DNA from: an uncultured Clostridiaceae bacterium
GTDB lineage: Bacteria; Bacillota; Clostridia; TANB77; CAG-508
Length of the DNA: 64,000 nt
Direction of reading: 5' to 3'
NCBI GenBank assembly: GCA_949927585.1
Contig: CATLFA010000003.1
Span: 7,998-71,997, forward strand
The translations under genes and the position numbers were made by a program. Each line of letters starts with the position of its first letter. The stretch's first letter is position 1. The notes under the pieces were generated by a model that saw only the letters and a list, made by a program, of their open reading frames with translations, did no database searches and had not been told where the DNA came from. Below, one piece after another: positions 41,187 to 51,813 of the stretch.

Positions 41187-42851
41187 TTAAAATATTCCTA
41201 CAATATTTCCTTCTTCATCTATATCTATTTGTTCTGCTGCTGGAATTTTTGGAAGGCCTGGCATTGTCATCACCTTTCCTGTTAGTATTACTATAAATTC
41301 TGCTCCTGCTTTTAGTTTTACTTCTTTTACATGTATATTAAATGGTGAATTACATTCTAAGTTTTTTGCGTCATCTGAGAAAGAATATTGTGTTTTTGCT
41401 ATACATATTGGTAAGTTTTCATAGCCTAATTTGTTTATTTCTTCTATTTGTTCTTCTGCTTGTTTTGTGTATTCTACTCCTTCTGCTCCATAAATTGTAC
41501 AGGCTACTTTTTTTATTTTTTCTTTTATACTGTCTTGTATTGAATATGTGTTTTTAAATTCTTTATTTTCTTTATCACATAATAGCGCTACTTTTTGAGC
41601 TAAATCTGTTGCTCCTTTAGAGCCTTTTCCCCAGCTTTCTACTAGGCTTAAATTAACATTTTTTTCTTCTAGTATTTCTTTTAATGTGTTTATTTCATTT
41701 GACGTATCTTGGTCAAATTTGTTTATTGCAACTATTACATTTAGTCCGAATTTATCTTTTAGGTTTTCTATGTGTTTTAGTAAGTTTTTGCTTCCTTTTT
41801 TTAAGGCTTCTATATTTTCATGTATAAGTTCTTCTTTTGGAATACCTCCATGATATTTTAGAGCTTTTATTGTGGCAACTATAGCTACTACATCTGGCAC
41901 TTTTTCTAGTTTTCTTGTTTTTATATTTAAGAATTTTTCTGCTCCTAAATCTGCTCCAAATCCAGCTTCTGTTATAGTATAATCTGCTAGCTTTAATGCA
42001 AGTTTTGTTGCAACAATACTATTACATCCATGTGCTATATTGGCAAATGGTCCTCCATGAATAATTGCTGGTGTATGTTCTAAGGTTTGTACTAGGTTTG
42101 GGTTAATAGCATCTTTAAGTAGTACTGTTAATGCTCCTTCTGCTTTTAGGTCATGTGCTGTTATAGCTTTTCCTTCTTTATTAAAGCCTATTATAATGTT
42201 CCCTAGTCTTCTTTTTAAATCTTCTAAGCTAGATGCTAAGCAGAATATTGCCATTATTTCTGATGCTACTGTTATGTCAAAACCATCTTCACGTGGAATA
42301 ATGTTTTTTTCGTTTGATAACCCTGTGTTTACAGTTCTTAATTGCCTATCATTTAGGTCTACACACCTTTTCCATGTTACTTTTTCTATATTTAATTCAT
42401 TTCCATGGTATATATGGTTATCTATTATGGCTGAAAGTAGGTTGTTGGCTGATGTTATGGCATGTATATCCCCTGTAAAGTGTAGGTTTATATCTTCCAT
42501 TGGTGCTACTTGTGAGTATCCTCCTCCTGTTGCCCCACCTTTTATTCCAAATACTGGTCCTAGTGATGGCTCTCTTAATGCTAGTATGGCTTTTTTACCA
42601 ATTTTTCTTAGTCCATCTGCTAGTCCTATTGATATTGTTGTTTTTCCTTCTCCTAGTGGTGTTGGGTTTATTGCTGTTACTAGTATTAGTTTTCCATCTT
42701 TTTTATCTTTTAGATTTTCTAATTTTTCTAAAGAAATTTTGGCTTTATATTTTCCATATGGTTCTAAATATTCTTCTTCTATTTCATTTTGTTTAGCTAT
42801 ATTTGTAATTTGTTCTAACTTTGTATTTCTTGCTATTTCAATATCTTTCAT
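41187..42851 (-). CDS. fhs: Formate--tetrahydrofolate ligase
   Basis: MKDIEIARNTKLEQI...TAINPTPLGEGKTT...EPSLGPVFGIKGGATGGGYSQV. Start at the internal ATG after the AAGAGG RBS. The N-terminal extension in the track was rejected. Confidence 0.95.
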   Translation of the reverse strand: MKDIEIARNTKLEQITNIAKQNEIEEEYLEPYGKYKAKISLEKLENLKDKKDGKLILVTAINPTPLGEGKTTISIGLADGLRKIGKKAILALREPSLGPVFGIKGGATGGGYSQVAPMEDINLHFTGDIHAITSANNLLSAIIDNHIYHGNELNIEKVTWKRCVDLNDRQLRTVNTGLSNEKNIIPREDGFDITVASEIMAIFCLASSLEDLKRRLGNIIIGFNKEGKAITAHDLKAEGALTVLLKDAINPNLVQTLEHTPAIIHGGPFANIAHGCNSIVATKLALKLADYTITEAGFGADLGAEKFLNIKTRKLEKVPDVVAIVATIKALKYHGGIPKEELIHENIEALKKGSKNLLKHIENLKDKFGLNVIVAINKFDQDTSNEINTLKEILEEKNVNLSLVESWGKGSKGATDLAQKVALLCDKENKEFKNTYSIQDSIKEKIKKVACTIYGAEGVEYTKQAEEQIEEINKLGYENLPICIAKTQYSFSDDAKNLECNSPFNIHVKEVKLKAGAEFIVILTGKVMTMPGLPKIPAAEQIDIDEEGNIVGIF

Positions 42852-42915
42852 TCTTTTATACCTCTTTTTATATATAATTATTGACAAATTTTTGATTAAT
42901 GTATATAATATATAT

Positions 42916-43001
42916 AGAAAATGAGAAACTACAAACGTGGTTTGCCTATGAATATGTAAAAACACATCGCAATCGGTCAAAATTACAGATGTGTTTTTTT
43001 T
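42916..43001 (+). ncRNA. Candidate antisense/antitoxin small RNA (about 85 nt)
   Basis: Consensus promoter TTGACA(42881)-N17-TATAAT(42904). Terminator ACACATC(42962-68)/GATGTGT(42988-94) plus T8. The 3' end would overlap the 3' end of the convergent small-peptide mRNA. Confidence 0.35.
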
Positions 43002-43007
43002 ATTGGT

Positions 43008-43127
43008 TTATTTTTGTTTGCTTATCATAATAACTATTTCTATAATTAAGGCAAACGTAATGATAGTTATACCTAGTAGTGAATAAAATAATATGTATAT
43101 AATTTCTAGTAAATATGTTTCTATCAT
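43008..43127 (-). CDS. Small hydrophobic peptide (39 aa), type I toxin-like
   Basis: MIETYLLEIIYILFYSLLGITIITFALIIEIVIMISKQK. The GGAGG RBS can pair with an upstream CCTCC (SD sequestration). Not in the ORF track. Confidence 0.4.
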   Translation of the reverse strand: MIETYLLEIIYILFYSLLGITIITFALIIEIVIMISKQK

Positions 43128-43303
43128 ACGCCTCACCTCCTTTAAGTGGAGGCAAACCACATCTGCTTATTCCCATTTTCTATATTATACAGTTTATAAT
43201 ATTTATATGTTTTTTGCAATAGAATATACGAAATTTATTTCGTATATTTTTTTATTGTTATAGTAAAAGCAGGAGAATTTCTCCTGCTTTTACTATGTTT
43301 TAT

Positions 43304-43510
43304 TTAACTTTTTCCCGTTCCATGACAATATGGGCAGTAGGTTCTTCCAGTTCCATTACAACTATAACATATCTTTGTTTCAGGAAGAGCATATCCAAAT
43401 ATCGGTATATATACAAGATTTACTTCAATTTTACTTCCTGCTCCACTACAACTATAACATGTCTGTTTTCCTGTTCCATTGCAGTATTTACATTCTTCTT
43501 GTTTTACCAT
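43304..43510 (-). CDS. Small DnaJ-type zinc-finger protein (four CxxCxGxG repeats)
   Basis: CKYCNGTG, CYSCSGAG, CYSCNGTG and CPYCHGTG. GGGGG RBS before MVKQEEC. Confidence 0.6.
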   Translation of the reverse strand: MVKQEECKYCNGTGKQTCYSCSGAGSKIEVNLVYIPIFGYALPETKICYSCNGTGRTYCPYCHGTGKS

Positions 43511-43639
43511 ATTTATTACCCCCATTACCTATTTAGGTTCATAAAGTATTAATTAGTTACTTTGCATATTATACATTACTTTTATGTAAAATTCAAGTAT
43601 AATATTTCTCTTTTACTAATATCTTTGCATCTTTTATTT

Positions 43640-43825
43640 TTATGGGATTAATACATTTTTAAATATTTCATAATTTTGTATATCTCTTTTTGAACAATAC
43701 ACTGCAAATTCTATTACTTTAAAATCATATTTATATTCTTCTACTACCTGTTTCATTGCTTTTGCTACAACTTCTGGTTTATTATAAAGTGCCCCGCAAC
43801 CAAATGCTCCAAGTATTAGATGCAA
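43640..43825 (-). pseudogene. C-terminal remnant of a macro-domain / TIGR02452-like protein
   Basis: Only 61 aa (LILGAFGCGALYNKPEVVAKAMKQVV...FAVY), resembling the C-terminal end of that family (recall). The upstream sequence is the ppdK terminator region. Confidence 0.4.
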
Positions 43826-43939
43826 GCTTTATGCGATTTTGTTCTATTTTTTTATGTACTTACAAAGCTTATATTTGATTAATTTTGTTTAAAAATAAAA
43901 AACCACTAATTGTGGTTTTCTATTTTGCATATTTAAATT

Positions 43940-46564
43940 CTATCTAGGAAATTTTATTGCAGCTTGTGCAGCGGCTAATCTTGCTATTGGAACTCTGTAT
44001 GGTGAGCATGATACATAGTCTAATCCTACTTTGTGGCAGAATTCTACTGATGCTGGGTTTCCTCCGTGTTCTCCACATATTCCTAAGTCTATGTCTGGTC
44101 TTGTTTGTTTTCCTAGTTTTACTGCCATTTCTACTAATTTTCCTACACCTGTTTGGTCTAGTTTAGCAAATGGATCTGATTCGTATATTTTCTTGTCGTA
44201 GTAATCTCCTAAGAATTTTGCTGCGTCATCACGGCTGAAACCAAATGTCATTTGTGTTAAGTCATTTGTTCCAAATGAGAAGAACTCAGCTTCTTTTGCT
44301 ATTTCATCTGCTGTTAGAGCAGCTCTTGGTATTTCTATCATTGTTCCTACTTTGTATTGTAAGTTAGCACCAGCATTTGCTATAACTTCGTCTGCTGTTT
44401 TAACTACTACGTCTTTTACATATTTTAATTCTTTTATTTCTCCAACTAATGGAATCATTATTTCTGGAACTACGTTCATTCCTTCTTTGTTTACGTTTAT
44501 TGCAGCTTCTATAACTGCTCTTGTTTGCATTGCTGCAATTTCAGGGTATGTTACAGCTAAACGGCATCCACGGTGTCCCATCATTGGGTTGAATTCTTTT
44601 AATCCTTCACAGATATTTTTTAATTCTTCAAATGATAGTCCCATTTCTTTTGCTAATTCTGCAATTGCTTCATCTTCGTGTGGTACGAACTCATGTAGTG
44701 GTGGATCTAAGAAACGTATTGTTACTGGGTAACCTTTCATTTCTTTGTATAGTCCTTCGAAATCTCCTCTTTGCATTGGAAGTATTTTTGCTAATGCTTT
44801 TTCACGTTGCTCAGCTGTTCTTGAAACTATCATTTCACGAATAGCTGCTATTCTATCTGGTGCAAAGAACATATGCTCTGTACGGCATAGACCTATACCT
44901 TGTGCTCCAAATTCATATGCTTGGTGTGCATCTTTTGGAGTATCTGCATTTGTTTTTACTTTTAATACTCTATATTGGTCAGCCCATCCCATTAATGTAG
45001 CGAAGTTTCCTGAAACTGATGCTTCAACTGTTTCAACTTTTTCTCCATATACATTTCCTGTTGAACCGTCAAGTGAAATCCATTCACCTTCTATTACTTT
45101 TCTTCCATCTGGTAATGTAAAGTATTTTTCTTCTTCATTTACTATTATTTCACCACAACCTGCTACACAGCATGTTCCCATACCACGTGCAACAACTGCT
45201 GCGTGTGATGTCATACCTCCACGTACTGTAAGTACACCATGGCATACATTCATTCCATCTATATCTTCTGGAGATGTTTCTAATCTTACTAATACTAGGT
45301 CTTTTTCCCCTGCTTCATGTAGTTCTACTGCTCTATCTGCTGTGAATACTACTTTACCTGTTGCAGCTCCTGGTGATGCTGCTAATCCTTTTGCTACTAC
45401 TTTTGCTGCTTTTAGAGCTTCGCTATCGAAGTTTGGATGTAGTAATTGGTCTAATTGAGCTGGTTCTACTCTTAATACTGCTTCTTTTTCTGTTATCATT
45501 CCTTCGTTTACTAGGTCAACAGCTATTTGAAGTGCAGCATTTGCAGTTCTTTTACCATTTCTTGTTTGTAGGAAGAATAGTTTTCCTCTTTCTATTGTGA
45601 ATTCCATATCTTGCATATCTTTGTAATGTTTTTCTAGTTTTTCTGCATACATTATAAAGTCTTCATATGCTTTTGGATTTACTTCTTTTAATTGGTCGAT
45701 ATGCTCAGGAGTTCTTACACCTGCAACAACGTCTTCACCTTGTGCATTCATTAAGTATTCTCCAAATATTTTGTTTTCTCCTGTAGCTGGGTTACGTGTA
45801 AATGCAACACCTGTTCCACAGTCTTCTCCCATATTTCCAAATACCATTTCTTGAATGTTTACAGCTGTTCCCCAGCTTCCTGGTATATCATTTAATCTTC
45901 TATATGTTATAGCTCTTGCATTGTTCCAAGAACGAAATACCGCTTTTACACCTTCTATTAATTGTACTCTTGGATCTGATGGGAATTCTTCTCCCTTAGC
46001 ATTTTTGTATACTTCTTTGAATTTTACTACTAATTCTTTTAGGTCTTGTGCTGTAAGTTCTGTATCTAGTTTAACACCTTTTTCTTCTTTTACTTCATCT
46101 ATTATTTTTTCAAAGAAAGGCTTTGGTATTTCCATAACAACGTCACTAAACATTTGTATAAATCTTCTGTAGCTGTCATAAGCAAATCTTTCATTTTTTT
46201 CTGCTATTGCTTTAACTACTTCTTCATTTAAACCTAAGTTTAAAACTGTATCCATCATTCCTGGCATTGATGCTCTAGCTCCTGAACGAACTGATACTAA
46301 TAATGGATTTTCTAAATCTCCAAATTTCTTTCCTGTAATTTCTTCTAATTTTGCTAAGCTTGCAAAGATTTCTTCTTCTATTTCTGATGATATTTTTTCA
46401 CCATCTTCATAATATCTTGTGCAGGCTTCTGTTGTAACTGTGAAACCTTGTGGAATTGGCAAACCTAAGCTAGTCATTTCTGCTAAGTTAGCTCCTTTTC
46501 CTCCTAATAGTTCACGCATGTTTGCATTTCCTTCACTAAAAAGGTATACATACTTTTGACTCAT
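43940..46564 (-). CDS. ppdK: Pyruvate, phosphate dikinase
   Basis: MSQKYVYLFSEGNANMRELLGGKGANLAEM...GGMTSHAAVVARGMG (phospho-His)...CGEHGGNP. 874 aa. Confidence 0.96.
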   Translation of the reverse strand: MSQKYVYLFSEGNANMRELLGGKGANLAEMTSLGLPIPQGFTVTTEACTRYYEDGEKISSEIEEEIFASLAKLEEITGKKFGDLENPLLVSVRSGARASMPGMMDTVLNLGLNEEVVKAIAEKNERFAYDSYRRFIQMFSDVVMEIPKPFFEKIIDEVKEEKGVKLDTELTAQDLKELVVKFKEVYKNAKGEEFPSDPRVQLIEGVKAVFRSWNNARAITYRRLNDIPGSWGTAVNIQEMVFGNMGEDCGTGVAFTRNPATGENKIFGEYLMNAQGEDVVAGVRTPEHIDQLKEVNPKAYEDFIMYAEKLEKHYKDMQDMEFTIERGKLFFLQTRNGKRTANAALQIAVDLVNEGMITEKEAVLRVEPAQLDQLLHPNFDSEALKAAKVVAKGLAASPGAATGKVVFTADRAVELHEAGEKDLVLVRLETSPEDIDGMNVCHGVLTVRGGMTSHAAVVARGMGTCCVAGCGEIIVNEEEKYFTLPDGRKVIEGEWISLDGSTGNVYGEKVETVEASVSGNFATLMGWADQYRVLKVKTNADTPKDAHQAYEFGAQGIGLCRTEHMFFAPDRIAAIREMIVSRTAEQREKALAKILPMQRGDFEGLYKEMKGYPVTIRFLDPPLHEFVPHEDEAIAELAKEMGLSFEELKNICEGLKEFNPMMGHRGCRLAVTYPEIAAMQTRAVIEAAINVNKEGMNVVPEIMIPLVGEIKELKYVKDVVVKTADEVIANAGANLQYKVGTMIEIPRAALTADEIAKEAEFFSFGTNDLTQMTFGFSRDDAAKFLGDYYDKKIYESDPFAKLDQTGVGKLVEMAVKLGKQTRPDIDLGICGEHGGNPASVEFCHKVGLDYVSCSPYRVPIARLAAAQAAIKFPR

Positions 46565-47017
46565 ATAAAAACCTCCTTGTTTTTTTATGTCTTAACTATA
46601 TGATTTTGTTAAAACTTTTTTCGTTTTTAGCTCGTCCTAGAATATTTTTCCAGAACGTACTTATTATACCCATAAAATGGGCAAATGTAAAGATTTTTTT
46701 TTAATTTTTTTGTTTTTATATTAATACATATTGAAAAATATATTATTCTTAAATAGTTATACTATAAATTTTTTATGTATAAGAAAAAAGCGGTCATTAT
46801 TGCTTTTTCCTTAAACTCGTATTTTTTAGTTTGTATAAAAATATTAATTACTAACTTTAAACCCAGAATGCTATTTTTTAGCATTCTGGGTTATTTTTCA
46901 TACTTCAAATTAAATTCATATTCATTTCTTCTTTATACTTTGAAATTGTAACTCTATTACTTAAGTTCCTCGGTTCTCAAAATAGTGAAACTAAAAATAT
47001 GTAAATTATAAATTGTT

Positions 47018-47476
47018 TCATACTGCCAAAAGTTCTTTTTGAAATTCGTAGAATTGTTCTTTAGTCATTATTCTATCTTTATATTGAACCTTAAATTCTC
47101 CCATATTATTTTCTTCTATAGTTTTTGACATCATCTGAATTAAATAATTAATTTGTCCAAAATTCTTTTTTGGACTTGTTCCAATAATTATTTTTGTATA
47201 TAATCTATCATCCATTTTATAGCCATTATAATAATAATTTTCATTTTGTGAATCATACATAATTATTGAATTTCTAAAACATATATGATTTGGAAAACGT
47301 TTAATTGTCATATAAGATAAATCTATTATATTATCAAGTAATCTATTATCTTCAATATTTTCAACTGTCTCTGGCCCATATCTCGAATCTATAAGACTGT
47401 ATAACATATTAATAAAAAAGAGATTTTGTGTATTATTTTCAATTTTTGCAATGACTTTAATTTTCTTATGTATCAT
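47018..47476 (-). CDS. Hypothetical protein (152 aa)
   Basis: AAAGGAGGA RBS. No recognisable motif. Confidence 0.4.
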   Translation of the reverse strand: MIHKKIKVIAKIENNTQNLFFINMLYSLIDSRYGPETVENIEDNRLLDNIIDLSYMTIKRFPNHICFRNSIIMYDSQNENYYYNGYKMDDRLYTKIIIGTSPKKNFGQINYLIQMMSKTIEENNMGEFKVQYKDRIMTKEQFYEFQKELLAV

Positions 47477-47618
47477 ATTTTCCTCCTTTTATTTGTGGAT
47501 AATTATCCTCCTATATAAGCAAGGAATATCATAAATAGTTTCATTATGTATATTAGCATAAATTTAATGTATATTCAAGTATTTTTACAAAATTTTAAAT
47601 ATTTCATTTTTATAAAAT

Positions 47619-50600
47619 TTAGGATACATTTATTTCTTTTTGTAAATACGTACTATATATTATTACCTTTTTTACTTCTTTTTTCAAAGCTCCTTCTAAT
47701 GCTTTTTTATATAGTTCTAATTGTGGCTTATACTTTTGTATTAATTCATTTTCATTTTGTACATAATCTGTTTTATAGTCTACTAATACTATATTTCCTT
47801 GTTTATTCATATAATATAAATCTATAATTCCTTGTACTAGTATGTTTTCTTCTACTTCTTTATTATAAATTTCACTTGCTGGAATATTTATATAAAATGG
47901 TTCTTCTTTGTGTACTTCTTTTGCTTCTTTTAATTCTTTGAATAAACTTGATTTTGTAAATTGTAATAATGTTTTAGTGTTTATGCTTTCCGCTTCTTTA
48001 TTATTTATTATATTTTTATTTTCTAGGTATTTTATTAGTTCTATAATATCTTTTAGTTCATAATCTTTTTTCTCATCTAAGTTTTTAATACATAGATGAA
48101 TTAATGTTCCTTTTTGTATACCTGTTATTTTTTCTTCTTTTTCAAACCTTGGAATTTCTAATGTATTTTTTATTGGTATCTCTTCTATTTTTTCTTGTAA
48201 GAATGTTCCTATTCCTTGTTGCTTTATATTTTCTTCTTTAATTTTACTTACAGAAGTTTTTGTCGGTATGTTTTCTGCCTGTTTATACTTATATTGCCAG
48301 TCTAATATCTTATTAATATTTAATTCTTTATTTTTCTTGATAATTTCTTGAAAGTGTAGGCAATTATTAATCTTCTCTAAATCAAATATGATGGTTTTGT
48401 ACTCTTCACTATTTTCTAGTGGTAATTCCTCAATTTCTTTTAAGTGTTTATTAGCAATCTCTAGTATTTTACTCATTTTTTCTTTATCATTTAAATATAC
48501 CAGTTCTATCCAATCTAAATAAGATATATATTTCTCTACTAAATTTTTATTTAACTTTTCTGAGTTATAAATTTCTAAAAATGTTTCTTTTTCTTTTAGT
48601 GATTTTTGCAAATCTTTTTCTATTCCTGTTATGAATAACTTTTCTTTTGCTCTTGTAAGTGCTACATATAGTACCCTCATTTCTTCTGATATTGTTTCTT
48701 TTCTTATTCTTAATCGTAACGCTTCCTTTGCTAAGGTGTTATATTCTATTCCTCTTTCATAATTTATATATTTCATTCCAAAGCCTAAATCTTGATGCAT
48801 AAGTACATTATTATTTAAGTCTTGCATATTGAACTTTTTACTAGTTCCGCATAAAAATACTACTGGAAATTCTAGTCCCTTACTTTTATGAATACTCATA
48901 ATTCTTACAACATTATCATTTTCTCCAATTATTTTAGCAGCATTCATGTCTTTACTACTTATTTTTAGCTTGTCTATAAAATTTATAAAATTATATAATC
49001 CTTTAAAACTTGCTCTTTCATATTGTTTTGCTTTTTCAAATAACATTTTTAAATTTGCTTGCCTTAATTTACCATTATTTAATAAACCTACATAATTATA
49101 ATAATTACTATCCATATATATTTGCCAAATAAGTTCATCAAGTGTTTTATATGTTTCTATATCTTTCCATTTTTCTAACATCGTTATAAATATATTTATT
49201 TTTTCTTTAAGTTTTTCTTCTACCACCATTCTTGCCTTTAACATTGCATTATAAAAACTTTCACTTCTATCTGCTAAACGAATTTGTACTAAGTCATTGT
49301 CTGTAAAGCTTGCTATGCTAGACCTTAACACTGTAATTAATGGAATATCTTGAAGTGGATTATTTATTATTTTTAATACACTCATTATTGTTTGTATTTC
49401 TGTTGATTCTAAATATTCACTTGATGTATCACTAAATACTGGTATATTTTTTTCTATCAGTTCTTTTTCATATACTGGTGCTGAATTTAGAGTTGATCTT
49501 AGTAATATTACTATATCTTTGTATTCTATTGGTCTGTAACCTTTTTTTCTATCGTAGACTTTGTATTTACTATTTATTAGTTCTTGTATTTTATTTGCAA
49601 CAAATTTTGCTTCTATTAGGGTGTTTTCTATGGGTTCTTCTTGGTTTGCGTCTTCGTTTTCTTGAATAGCTTCTTCAAAGAATGGATGACTACTATTCGC
49701 CCCAACAATTTTATTATCTATTATTTCTGTTTTGTCATTTATATAATTTGCAGCTTCCAACTTCGAACTTCCAACTTCTGTCTCATGACTTGCTAAATCT
49801 ATTATGTGTAACTCTGCTATAAGGTTATTATTTGTTTGTGGGTAGTCTGCCCCTAAATTCAAATATTCTTCTTGGTTATAATCTATATCTCCTAACTCTT
49901 TACTCATTATTTGTTCAAATATACTATTTGTAATATCTAATACATTTTTTCTACTTCTAAAGTTTTTAAATAATTGTATTTTTGTACCTTTTGCTTCTTT
50001 ACTATTTTCTAACATATAATTTTCATATTTCTCTAAAAATAATTCTGGCCTTGCTTGTCTAAACCTATATATACTTTGTTTTACATCTCCAACCATAAAT
50101 ATATTGTTACCATTTGAAATACTACTTAATATATATTCTTGTACTAAGTTACTGTCTTGGTATTCATCTATTGCTATTTCTGTAAATTTTTCTTTTATTT
50201 TGTTTGCAACTTCTGTTGCTACATATTCTCCTTGTTCATTTTTTTGAATTAATATTTTTAATGCAAAATGCTCTATATCATGGAAATCTATTATATTTTT
50301 CTCTTTTTTCTTTTCTAAAAATCTTTTTTCAAATTCGTTAACAATATTTTTTAAATTTGATAATGTTTCATACATTGCATACATATCTTGATTTGCTCTA
50401 TATGAATCATATATAAACACTTTTTTATTTATGGTATCTATATCTTTTTTTACTTTATCTCTTATTTCTTTTGCTTCTTCTTTTAGTGCTATACTTATTT
50501 TTCTATTTATTGGCCATTTTTCAAATTTTAGATTTGATACTTTTTGATATGTTTTATCCCATATATTTTTATTATCATAACTTATCTGGTTTTCTATTTC

Positions 50601-51380
50601 ATTCAAAGTTTCAATATCATTTATTATTGTTAATGTATACTTTTCTAATTCAGGATATTTTAGTAATTTTCTTTTTACTCGTTCTAACTTTAATATACTC
50701 TCTTTTATTTTCTCTTCATATTCTTTTAATAGAATTTTACCCCATACTGTTTTTCCAAAATCTTCATTTAATTTTTCTTTTAAATTAAACATTTCTACTT
50801 TTTCTTCTAGCCATTCTTGTGGAAATGGAGCACTTTGAATATAATCATATATTTTTAATATTAGCTCTTTTAATGGCTCATCTCCTCTATATGTTGTGTA
50901 TGTATTTATTAAATTCAGGAATTCTTTATCTTTATTTATATATTTATCTTCAAATAAATCTTCTAATATATCTTGTTTTAATAATTCTACCTCAGTTGTA
51001 TCTCCTATTCTGAAGTTTGCTGATATATCTAATTCATAAAAATAATTTCTAATTACATCCAAACAGAAAGAATGTATTGTACATATACTTGCTTTGTTTA
51101 AAAGTGTGATTTGTTTTTGCATATATACATCATCTGGACTTTCTTCTATTTTTTTATAAATTGCATCTAGTATTCTTTCTCTCATTTCACTTGCAGCTGC
51201 ATTTGTAAATGTAACTACTAATATTCTATCTATATCTATATTTTCATTAACTATTTTGTTTATTATACGCTCAACAAGTACAGCTGTTTTCCCACTTCCT
51301 GCAGCAGCTGCAACTAATATATTTGACCCTTTTTCATATATAGCCTTTTCCTGTTCTTTTGTCCACTTTACTTTTGGCAT
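47619..51380 (-). CDS. addA: ATP-dependent helicase/nuclease subunit A (AddA/RexA type)
   Basis: UvrD-like helicase motifs (AAAGSGKTAVLVERI, TFTNAAASEMRERI, IAIDEYQDSN) and a C-terminal RecB-type nuclease motif (GIIDLY...VLVDYKTD). Confidence 0.9.
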   Translation of the reverse strand: MPKVKWTKEQEKAIYEKGSNILVAAAAGSGKTAVLVERIINKIVNENIDIDRILVVTFTNAAASEMRERILDAIYKKIEESPDDVYMQKQITLLNKASICTIHSFCLDVIRNYFYELDISANFRIGDTTEVELLKQDILEDLFEDKYINKDKEFLNLINTYTTYRGDEPLKELILKIYDYIQSAPFPQEWLEEKVEMFNLKEKLNEDFGKTVWGKILLKEYEEKIKESILKLERVKRKLLKYPELEKYTLTIINDIETLNEIENQISYDNKNIWDKTYQKVSNLKFEKWPINRKISIALKEEAKEIRDKVKKDIDTINKKVFIYDSYRANQDMYAMYETLSNLKNIVNEFEKRFLEKKKEKNIIDFHDIEHFALKILIQKNEQGEYVATEVANKIKEKFTEIAIDEYQDSNLVQEYILSSISNGNNIFMVGDVKQSIYRFRQARPELFLEKYENYMLENSKEAKGTKIQLFKNFRSRKNVLDITNSIFEQIMSKELGDIDYNQEEYLNLGADYPQTNNNLIAELHIIDLASHETEVGSSKLEAANYINDKTEIIDNKIVGANSSHPFFEEAIQENEDANQEEPIENTLIEAKFVANKIQELINSKYKVYDRKKGYRPIEYKDIVILLRSTLNSAPVYEKELIEKNIPVFSDTSSEYLESTEIQTIMSVLKIINNPLQDIPLITVLRSSIASFTDNDLVQIRLADRSESFYNAMLKARMVVEEKLKEKINIFITMLEKWKDIETYKTLDELIWQIYMDSNYYNYVGLLNNGKLRQANLKMLFEKAKQYERASFKGLYNFINFIDKLKISSKDMNAAKIIGENDNVVRIMSIHKSKGLEFPVVFLCGTSKKFNMQDLNNNVLMHQDLGFGMKYINYERGIEYNTLAKEALRLRIRKETISEEMRVLYVALTRAKEKLFITGIEKDLQKSLKEKETFLEIYNSEKLNKNLVEKYISYLDWIELVYLNDKEKMSKILEIANKHLKEIEELPLENSEEYKTIIFDLEKINNCLHFQEIIKKNKELNINKILDWQYKYKQAENIPTKTSVSKIKEENIKQQGIGTFLQEKIEEIPIKNTLEIPRFEKEEKITGIQKGTLIHLCIKNLDEKKDYELKDIIELIKYLENKNIINNKEAESINTKTLLQFTKSSLFKELKEAKEVHKEEPFYINIPASEIYNKEVEENILVQGIIDLYYMNKQGNIVLVDYKTDYVQNENELIQKYKPQLELYKKALEGALKKEVKKVIIYSTYLQKEINVS

Positions 51381-51520
51381 ATTTGCCTCCTTTTCTTTTT
51401 TAATATATCATAAATTCTAAGATATGTAAATTTAAATATTTTTTATTATAATTTAATAAACATGATAATATTACATAAAAAGCAAAAACACAAAATCATA
51501 CGACTTTGTGTTCTTACTTT

Positions 51521-51718
51521 TTATATATTTATCATTACTATAATTGCGCCTATTATAGCTAGTATAAAACCTACTATTTTTAGTATTTTTACACTACTAT
51601 TTCTGTCGCCAAAGCTAAACCACTTTTTACTTATTTTTCGTGCATCATATATCATAACTACACCTATAGCTACTACTATTAATGATATTATTTGTATTAA
51701 TATTTTTAATATTGGCAT
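51521..51718 (-). CDS. Small two-TM membrane protein (65 aa)
   Basis: Two hydrophobic helices. AGGAGA RBS. Confidence 0.4.
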   Translation of the reverse strand: MPILKILIQIISLIVVAIGVVMIYDARKISKKWFSFGDRNSSVKILKIVGFILAIIGAIIVMINI

Positions 51719-51768
51719 TTTTTATTATCTCCTTTTCATTATGTATGTTCTCATTAGAGACAAATTTC

Positions 51769-51812
51769 CCAAAAGTGACAGATACCCCATTAGGAAACGT
51801 CCCCAATGGGAA
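51769..51812 (+). repeat. Intergenic copy of the 44-nt GC-rich element also found inside the U32 CDS
   Basis: CCAAAAGTGACAGATACCCCATTAGGAAACGTCCCCAATGGGAA, with 2 mismatches to 18890-18933. Abuts the stop codon of the epimerase gene. Confidence 0.6.
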
Positions 51813-51813
51813 G

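Noticed and set aside
42852-42980. 43-codon N-terminal extension of fhs in the track ORF.
   Set aside because: The extension is hydrophobic junk overlapping promoter sequence. The conserved Fhs N-terminus MKDIEIARN begins at the ATG at 42851, which has its own RBS.
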